Positions 1 through 5,010 of a stretch of 5,010 nucleotides of DNA are shown here, piece by piece. This stretch comes from Candidatus Wukongarchaeum yapensis (lineage in GTDB: Archaea > Asgardarchaeota > Wukongarchaeia > Wukongarchaeales > Wukongarchaeaceae). Location: positions 1 through 5,010 of the forward strand of contig JAEOSI010000171.1 of assembly GCA_016840425.1 (NCBI GenBank). Direction: 5' to 3'. The notes under the pieces were generated by a model. The model was given only the letters and a program-made list of their open reading frames with translations. It had not been told where the DNA came from and made no database searches. How positions within the stretch are numbered: position 1 is the stretch's first letter; each line of letters begins with the position of its first letter. The translations under genes were made by a program, and so were the position numbers.

Positions 1-1
1 T

Positions 2-394
2 CTCCGTCTCGGTTTCTTTAGGTACTTCAGGTATTTCTCTTTTTAGAAAGCTTAAAATAGCGACACGGATTGCTTCACTTTTACTTGGATAAAACCCTTG
101 ATTAACGAGCCTTTCAAGCTCTTTTTTCAATTCTTTTGGCGCTTTTAGGCTGATACGGAAGGCGGAGCTTCTCACGTTTTTATTGTAATGATGGTGGTTA
201 TGAGGATGATGATAATAATAATATTTTCTTATATCTTCTATGGATTCGAATGGCGGTTTACGATCCTTTAAAAGATCTCTTATTGCTATTCTTATTATTT
301 TAGACCGGTCGGGATAGTCCTCATTTCTAACCAATGTGTCAAGCTGTTCTAGAAGCCCGACGGGGATTATGAAACTCATAGTTATCATTACCAT
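2..394 (-). CDS. Tandem (double) ribbon-helix-helix CopG/Arc/MetJ-family DNA-binding protein with Tyr/His-rich linker; 3'-partial, runs off the left edge
   Basis: Manual translation from ATG at 394 gives 131 codons with no stop: MVMITMSFIIPVGLLEQLDTLVRNEDYPDRSKIIRIAIRDLLKDRKPPFESIEDIRKYYYYHHPHNHHHYNKNVRSSAFRISLKAPKELKKELERLVNQGFYPSKSEAIRVAILSFLKREIPEVPKETETE. There are two copies of the archaeal RHH pattern (beta strand - L.xLV..xYPxRS/KSxxIRxAI..LL), at residues ~3-42 and ~79-117. An SD-like GGGGGA lies 6 nt upstream and TTTATAAA boxes lie further upstream. It is absent from the ORF track because its stop is outside the window. The start could be M1, M3 or M6. Confidence 0.88.
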   Translation of the reverse strand, partial: MVMITMSFIIPVGLLEQLDTLVRNEDYPDRSKIIRIAIRDLLKDRKPPFESIEDIRKYYYYHHPHNHHHYNKNVRSSAFRISLKAPKELKKELERLVNQGFYPSKSEAIRVAILSFLKREIPEVPKETETE

Positions 395-400
395 AAAACG

Positions 401-439
401 TCCCCCTGCTCTATGTATTTATAAATGCCTTTATAAATG
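401..439 (-). promoter_or_regulatory. Candidate promoter of the RHH gene: two TTTATAAA TATA-like boxes plus an SD-like GGGGGA
   Basis: TTTATAAATG occurs at 418-427 and 430-439 (12-bp period). The self-complementary TTTATAAA matches the archaeal TATA consensus and lies 24 and 36 nt upstream of the ATG at 394. The minus strand reads GGGGGA at 406-401. Confidence 0.55.
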
Positions 440-575
440 GTGAATAAGTGAAGTGATATTACTCGGATGAAAATAGTCTTTTTTTATTTTCAACTTTTTG
501 CAAAAGTAATACTTGATTGTTGACAAAATTACTTATTTTTAATTTAACATTTTTAACTTAAACCTGAATGATTGT

Positions 576-625
576 AAAAAATGTTTATTAGACCGCCTTT
601 CACCTGCTTGAAAACAATGAAAAAA
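576..625 (-). terminator. Candidate oligo-T terminator(s) downstream of alaS
   Basis: T6 runs on the minus strand at 625-620 and 581-576, about 85 and 130 nt after the alaS stop. Archaeal intrinsic terminators are oligo-U tracts, but the region is AT-rich, so specificity is low. Confidence 0.3.
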
Positions 626-708
626 CTTGTTTTTAGGGGGATGGCCTTTCACAATAACCTATCCAGTTTATACCTTACCTCTTTACATGCGAAGTCAAGT
701 AGGCAATC

Positions 709-3501
709 CTAATTTTTCTCTGTCGAATTTTTTATCAATATTCCTTTCACTTTTTCTCTCAAAAATTCTAACGCTTCGTTTACCTTATCTTTTCGAGTTC
801 CACCGCCTATGATGAGGCCTTTCTTACCGCCCGCTCCTCCACCAACCATTCTCGACGCTTCATTCATAACCTTTCTTAAGCCTTTTTCCAACTCTGGAGG
901 GCTTGTTCCCACGAGGATAATATTACCGTTTTCTATCCCTAATAAAACCAATAAGAAGTTCTTCTTCCCGCCTAGCCTACTGCATATCATAATCATTTCA
1001 TCTTTTCCAATATCCTGTTCTAAGTTTACGTATGTTTTTATACCATCAACCTCTTCCGCTTCAGCTTCTATCTTTTCTAAGTAAATATTTGCTATTTTTT
1101 CTCGGAGTTTTTCAACATCTTTTCCCCTCTGTTTCCACTCATTGAAAAACCTCTCAGAAGTGGCAATTACCTGATCTATTGGAACTCTAAGAGTTTGTGC
1201 TGTTTCTTCTAACAGTTTCTCTCTCTCTTGAATATACTCTATTGCAGGTTCTCCCGCGTAAAACTCAAACCTGACAACCCCGTCCGAAATACGTTCTACC
1301 TTACTTATCTTTATCAACCCAGCCTCTCCTGTCTGTGAAAGATGCACGCCACCGCAAGCCTCTACATCCCAGTCCTCAATATCTACTATGCGCAAAATCT
1401 TTCCAGGCACCGCTCCACCTTGATAGATAACGAAACCATGCTGTTCTTCAGCCTTATTCCGCTCCATCTCGCTTATAGTAACTTTTAAATTTTTCATAAC
1501 TGCTTCATTTGCCAGTCTCTCTATCTTTTCTATCTCTTCTGGAGTAGGACGCTTAAAGTGGGAAACATCCAAACGAGCTTTTTTAGGCGTTTTATCAGCT
1601 CCCACCTGCCAGATGTGCTCGCCTAAAACTAGCTTTGCAGCCCCGTTTAAAATATGGGTTCCTGTATGATGTCTCATAAGAGCTATTCGCCTCTTCCAGT
1701 CAATCTCTCCTTCGACTACATCACCTTCCTTTAAGCCTGAAACATCGCTTAACTGATGGAAGACGATCTTCCCCACTTTAAACACTTCTTCAACCTCCCT
1801 ACCGTTAATTAATCCGGTATCGTAAAGCTGCCCCCCGCCTATCGGGTAAAAAATCGTTTTATCAAGGACTACGTACTTATCGTTTATAATCTTCAAAATT
1901 TTAGCTTTTAATTTCCACCTATATCTCTCCTCATAATACAGGGGTTGAGTAGACGGTAATCCCTTGACTTTAGGGGCCAGATCCTCCACCTCTTTCTCTT
2001 CTTCCTCTATTTTAGTCGCGGCGACCGGTTCTGTTATCGTGGCCCTTGCGTAAAAATCTCCTGGAATCGATACCGCTTCTCCCTTCCCTTCTAATTCGGC
2101 TATCTCTTTAACCATTTCAGGCGTTATTCCCCTAGAACGATACATCTCATATAACATATCTTCTGTTACCTTTTCCTTTTTTTCTAGTAATCGTTTAACA
2201 TACTTTCTGCCCTTTCCCATGGTCCCCCGATAACTGTTTTTTTCAACCTCAAAAAGCTCCGCTATGATACTTGAAGCCTTTTTAAGCCTTGGATAAGTTT
2301 TACTAAAATACTCTATCTGCTTATGCATAAGTTCTAACAAGTCAATGTTCAGGTTAAAAGTCTCATTAAGACTTACAGCCCTTCTAAGTATAGTTCTAAG
2401 GTTATAACCCCCACCAACATTAGAAGGTATAGCGCCATCAGCTACTGCGGAAACAAGAGCCCGCGTATGATCAGCTATAGCATAAATAGCCTCTATAGGA
2501 CCAAGACGCTCTTCAAGCACTTCATAAGTCATTCCAAGATTTACAGCGACATCTTTCCTCACCTCAGAAATATTCCTCACTTCATCGACGTTTAACAAGC
2601 CAGCTAAGACAGAATATCTTGATAAAAGGTCCCCATCTACTTCGACTCCTGCCTCCTCTATCATCCATTCTAAAACAGGACCGAACGTTGCTTCATATAT
2701 CGTGGGAGTACCCTGAGTGAACCACGCAATACGCTCTAATCCCCAACCCACATCTATCACGGTCATATCCATCTCCCTGTAAGACCCATCGGGAAGGATC
2801 TCATACTGGGTAAATACACTGTTAACGATCTCATTTCCCCTGCTAAAGCTTTCTAAACTTGGACCAAAGTTTCCTCCCCCCACCCAAACGCTCGGCATGT
2901 AAATTATCTCTTCCTTCGGTATCTGCATATCTTCCGTTAGGAACTTGAAGTTAAGCTCAATGCAGCGGTCCATCCAGTAACCTGTGATAAGTCTTTTAGA
3001 ATTAAAAGCATGCTGACCTCCCATTATAAAACAGGTAAGATGCCTCCCCGTCTTACCAATATTATCTATATCACTAAACTCCCCCCCAAACCTCAAACAA
3101 GGCTGGGGTACAACTAAAGGATTGCCGGGAGGATCAATAGTGCCGTTAAGAACCCAAGGCTGAAAATCAGCAATAGAAGCTATGGTGAAATCCATATCGT
3201 CCCTCCAACGCGACACAATAGGATACTCTTTAACCCTTAAATGGCCATTCCTCTCAAAAAAGTCGCACCAACGCTCTATAGACTCATGAAAATCCCATCC
3301 TCCCGCAACCTTTTTCCCTAAGAATTTATAACCTCCCTCGCAAACAGTTTCCCCACAAATATCCCTGTCCATATCAAGGGTCCAAAAATTGTGACCACAC
3401 CTCTTACAAGTCTTCCATAAAAAGCCTTCTTCTTCAAAAAGCTTTACTGTATACTGTTCCTTACCAAATATTTGCATCAATTTCCCTTTAGATAGAGACA
3501 T
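709..3501 (-). CDS. alaS: Alanine--tRNA ligase (archaeal-type AlaRS, full length with editing and C-Ala domains), 930 aa
   Basis: N-terminal archaeal Cys cluster (CKRC...CGETVC); FTIASIADFQPWV; QPCLRF...DIDNIGKTGRHLTCF; WVGGGNFGP; motif 3 DVGWGLERIAW; IADHTRAL...DGAIPSNVGGGYNLRTILRRA; editing Zn motifs HTGTH (H612/H616) and CGGVH (C716/H720); Gly-rich C-Ala end GGGAGGKKGLIIGGG. GGTGA SD lies 6 nt upstream of the ATG at 3501, supporting M1 over M9. Confidence 0.98.
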   Translation of the reverse strand: MSLSKGKLMQIFGKEQYTVKLFEEEGFLWKTCKRCGHNFWTLDMDRDICGETVCEGGYKFLGKKVAGGWDFHESIERWCDFFERNGHLRVKEYPIVSRWRDDMDFTIASIADFQPWVLNGTIDPPGNPLVVPQPCLRFGGEFSDIDNIGKTGRHLTCFIMGGQHAFNSKRLITGYWMDRCIELNFKFLTEDMQIPKEEIIYMPSVWVGGGNFGPSLESFSRGNEIVNSVFTQYEILPDGSYREMDMTVIDVGWGLERIAWFTQGTPTIYEATFGPVLEWMIEEAGVEVDGDLLSRYSVLAGLLNVDEVRNISEVRKDVAVNLGMTYEVLEERLGPIEAIYAIADHTRALVSAVADGAIPSNVGGGYNLRTILRRAVSLNETFNLNIDLLELMHKQIEYFSKTYPRLKKASSIIAELFEVEKNSYRGTMGKGRKYVKRLLEKKEKVTEDMLYEMYRSRGITPEMVKEIAELEGKGEAVSIPGDFYARATITEPVAATKIEEEEKEVEDLAPKVKGLPSTQPLYYEERYRWKLKAKILKIINDKYVVLDKTIFYPIGGGQLYDTGLINGREVEEVFKVGKIVFHQLSDVSGLKEGDVVEGEIDWKRRIALMRHHTGTHILNGAAKLVLGEHIWQVGADKTPKKARLDVSHFKRPTPEEIEKIERLANEAVMKNLKVTISEMERNKAEEQHGFVIYQGGAVPGKILRIVDIEDWDVEACGGVHLSQTGEAGLIKISKVERISDGVVRFEFYAGEPAIEYIQEREKLLEETAQTLRVPIDQVIATSERFFNEWKQRGKDVEKLREKIANIYLEKIEAEAEEVDGIKTYVNLEQDIGKDEMIMICSRLGGKKNFLLVLLGIENGNIILVGTSPPELEKGLRKVMNEASRMVGGGAGGKKGLIIGGGTRKDKVNEALEFLREKVKGILIKNSTEKN

Positions 3502-3506
3502 CTCAA

Positions 3507-3578
3507 GTCACCAATACTACCCAAAAACTACTTTCCCACAAAAAACCTTGGATAGGATAGACCACAAAAAACTATAAA
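3507..3578 (-). promoter_or_regulatory. Candidate alaS promoter/5' UTR: TATA-like TTTATAGT (3578-3571) and SD GGTGA (3512-3508)
   Basis: The minus strand reads CAAGG-TTTATAG-TTTTTT...GGTGA-CTTGAG-ATG. The SD is clear. The TATA call is the best candidate between the IS end and alaS but is not proven. Confidence 0.45.
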
Positions 3579-3584
3579 CCTTGG
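3536..3584. repeat. Imperfect tandem duplication CCACAAAAAA[CTATAAA]CCTTGG
   Basis: 3536-3551 reads CCACAAAAAACCTTGG. 3562-3584 reads CCACAAAAAACTATAAACCTTGG, the same sequence with a 7-nt insertion. Confidence 0.7.
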
Positions 3585-3700
3585 TGAACTGCTCCTACCT
3601 ATTGGAGAGAGCTTCCTGATTCAACGACTGAACATGCCGAGATTTCTCTCGGTAGAGGTTCTATCTCCGCAGGCGTAAATTCGGACAGTCCCTGCCCTAC
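3564..3700 (-). ncRNA. Predicted TnpB omega-RNA (right-end RNA): scaffold about 3700-3584 plus flank-derived guide about 3583-3564
   Basis: Hairpins overlapping the tnpB 3' end on the minus strand: GGGCAG-GGA-CTGTCC (3697-3683); CCGAGA-GAAA-TCTCGG with a GNRA loop (3652-3637); CCTG (3673-3670)/CAGG (3618-3615) long-range pairing; terminal hairpin 3611-3592; possible TGAA (3623-3620)/TTCA (3588-3585) pseudoknot. It is established that TnpB omega-RNA overlaps the tnpB 3' end and takes its guide from the right flank. The 5' and 3' limits are approximate. Confidence 0.72.
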
Positions 3701-4802
3701 CAGTTTTAAACCTCTTTTTAAGACTACAAACGAGGAGTTGTAGTCTCTGTCTATTTCTAACCCACAGTAAGGACATCTGTGGGTTCTTATAGATAAGCTT
3801 TTTTTTACTTCTTCGCCGCACTTATAACATTCTTGTGTAGTTCCTCTCGGGCTCACTTCTATAACCATCTTACCAGCTCTCTCAGCCTTGTAAGACAGAA
3901 ATTGCGTGAATCTGTTCCAAGAGGAATCCATTATATTTCTAGCATTATAACTTAATCCCTATTAAACCTTTTATGTTTAATTTCTCAACAGCTATAAAAC
4001 CATAGTTGTTGACATAAAACCTCGACAGTTTGTGTAAGAAATCATCCCTTTGGTTTTTGATCTTTTCATGGATTTTTGTAACCTTTATTTTCTGTTTATT
4101 ATAATTACCAGAACCCTTCTTTTTCTTGGATAGTTTCTGTTGTTTTCTTCTCAAACTTTTCAAAGATTTACTCAGATAAAGAGGATGTTCTACTTTTCTA
4201 CCATCAGTATCGGTAACATAGTAGAGTATACCCATATCAATTCCTACAACTTTTCCTATCTCCTTTTTATTGGAGATACGCTGTTCACAATAAAGAAAAG
4301 CATACCATTTACCAGAACTATACCTCTTTACTGTTACTTGTTTTATCTTCCCTTCCTTTACTTTTCTATGCATCCTGATCTTTATATCCCCGATTTTCGA
4401 TAAGTGTAACAAGTCATGTCTATTACCCGTTTCTATGATTTTGAACCCGTTCTGGTTATACGTAAAAGTTTTGAACCAGCTTTTACCCTTAAACCTAAGC
4501 CTCCCTACTTTTTTACCGTTCTTCTTAAGCCTTGCCAAACCTCTAAGATTTGAGAACAACCTGTATGATTCGTATTGGAGGACTTTAGAATATATTTCTT
4601 TCAGCTCTGGATACTTTTCTTTCAGCTCTGGAATAGAGTTTTGTAACTCTAACCAACTCGGTTTATCTTGTTTGTTCAAACCTTCTAACATTTTGTTGTA
4701 GACAAACCTACACCTATCAAGGACTTCCAACAACTTTTCTTCCTGCTCTTTAGTCGGATACAGCCTGAATTTATAACTTATCACTTGATAACCGATCTTC
4801 AT
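3599..4802 (-). pseudogene. tnpB: TnpB RNA-guided endonuclease, frameshifted by one extra base at about 3952-3955 (ORF-track pieces 3945..4802 and 3599..3931)
   Basis: N-terminal YKFRLYPTKEQ...CRFVYN; RuvC-I VVGIDMG; RDDFLHKLS; RuvC-II IAVEKL; then in the second frame MDSSWNRF..LSYKAERAG, Zn finger CYKC...CPYC and RuvC-III DRDYNS. The span is 1204 nt. Removing one base in ATTAAGT gives a continuous 400-aa frame reading ...KGLIGISYNARNIMDSSW... Confidence 0.92.
4595..4632. repeat. Perfect 17-bp direct repeat inside tnpB
   Basis: TTTCTTTCAGCTCTGGA at 4595-4611 and 4616-4632 (21-bp period), encoding IPELKEK-YPELKEI. Confidence 0.9.
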
Positions 4803-4816
4803 ACTCCTTACCTTAC

Positions 4817-4858
4817 TATATTAAATACGTATAACATATAATATATTCCATATATAAA
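4817..4858 (-). promoter_or_regulatory. Candidate IS left-end hairpin plus TATA box (TTTATATA) for tnpB
   Basis: Minus strand: ATAAAG-TTTATATA (4858-4851), then TGGAA, then hairpin 4845-4817, then GTAAGGTAAGGAGT-ATG (4802). Confidence 0.5.
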
Positions 4859-4904
4859 CTTTATGGAGAGGGGCGTAAAAGTGAATATATAGGCTTTCAA
4901 ACGA

Positions 4905-5010
4905 ATAAAAAAAGAAAAACTAAAAACAACCCGTTTTCCAAGCAGAAAAAAAGAAACAAAGAGATTAAAAAAGAGCAAAAAACGAGAAAAAAATCAAAAA
5001 AACAAGAAAT
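4905..5010. other. Low-complexity A-tract-rich intergenic DNA (oligo-T tracts on the minus strand)
   Basis: A6-A7 runs at 4907, 4946, 4967, 4977, 4987 and 4996; no supported start codon. Confidence 0.6.

Larger units (their letters stand above)
3584..4853 (-). mobile_element. IS200/IS605-family, tnpB-only (IS1341-like) insertion sequence, non-autonomous (no tnpA)
   Basis: Contains tnpB. Right end on the minus strand: GGAAG-CTCTCTCCAATAGGTAGGAG-CAGTTCAC, i.e. guide GAAG, subterminal imperfect hairpin and terminal TCAC, ending at 3584. The left end is less certain: imperfect hairpin 4845-4817 (TATATTA-TATGT-TAT-ACGTA-TT-TAATATA), preceded by AATA and TTTAT (4858-4854) as the candidate target motif. 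No tnpA ORF lies between the ends. No target duplication is seen, as expected for this family. Confidence 0.8.

Noticed and set aside
467-523. Small plus-strand ORF MKIVFFYFQLFAKVILDC
   Set aside because: Only 18 aa in AT-rich DNA, with no convincing SD or family features.
493-534. Imperfect palindromes ACTTTTTGCAAAAGT and AAGTAAT-N17-ATTACTT
   Set aside because: Short and almost all A/T, so expected by chance at this composition.
440-708. tRNA or C/D-box sRNA in the intergenic region
   Set aside because: No cloverleaf and no correctly spaced RUGAUGA/CUGA pair found on either strand.
627-1084. Plus-strand ORFs 627..812 and 809..1084
   Set aside because: Largely or wholly antisense to the alaS 3' end, with no recognisable motifs and composition typical of shadow frames.
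3536-3584. CRISPR-like or target-site-duplication reading of the repeats at the IS right flank
   Set aside because: Only two short imperfect copies with no spacers. IS200/IS605 elements make no target duplication, and the repeat is not found at the left end.
3584-3700. IStron (group I intron) association of the element
   Set aside because: The left-end region is only about 50 bp with no room for a group I catalytic core, and the element is intergenic.
3621-3821. Minus-strand 66-aa ORF
   Set aside because: An alternative frame nested in the tnpB C-terminal coding region, with no motif or SD.
3945-3960. Programmed ribosomal frameshift in tnpB
   Set aside because: It would need a +1 shift. 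There is no X XXY YYZ heptamer or plausible re-pairing codon, so a simple indel is more economical.
4140-4701. Plus-strand ORFs 4140..4403 and 4435..4701
   Set aside because: Antisense shadows of tnpB. Neither shows the HUH/Y1 or serine-recombinase motifs of a TnpA.
4862-5010. Stop-free frames at the right edge (Lys-rich on plus from 4862; Phe/Leu-rich on minus, 5010-4897)
   Set aside because: The plus frame has no ATG/GTG/TTG after the stop at 4832. Both compositions follow directly from the A/T runs. A C-terminal tail of a gene outside the window cannot be fully excluded.

Overview
Archaeal chromosomal window in which all supported genes lie on the minus strand. From right to left (direction of transcription): an AT-rich, A-tract intergenic stretch (about 4860-5010); a tnpB-only IS200/IS605-family (IS1341-like) element (about 3584-4853) whose ~400-aa tnpB is split by one extra base and which keeps a recognisable right end and omega-RNA scaffold; a full-length archaeal alanyl-tRNA synthetase (alaS, 709-3501); and a gene missed by the ORF track (394 to the window edge) encoding two tandem ribbon-helix-helix domains joined by a Tyr/His-rich linker. 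The most interesting observations are: (1) the AlaRS has Arg at the normally acidic G3:U70-recognition position (YRSRG instead of YDSHG); (2) the double-RHH protein has a His-rich linker; (3) the IS sits 82 bp upstream of the alaS start, so its predicted guide covers the candidate alaS TATA box, while its predicted left junction completes a TATA box for tnpB. All family assignments are by motif recognition; no searches were run.
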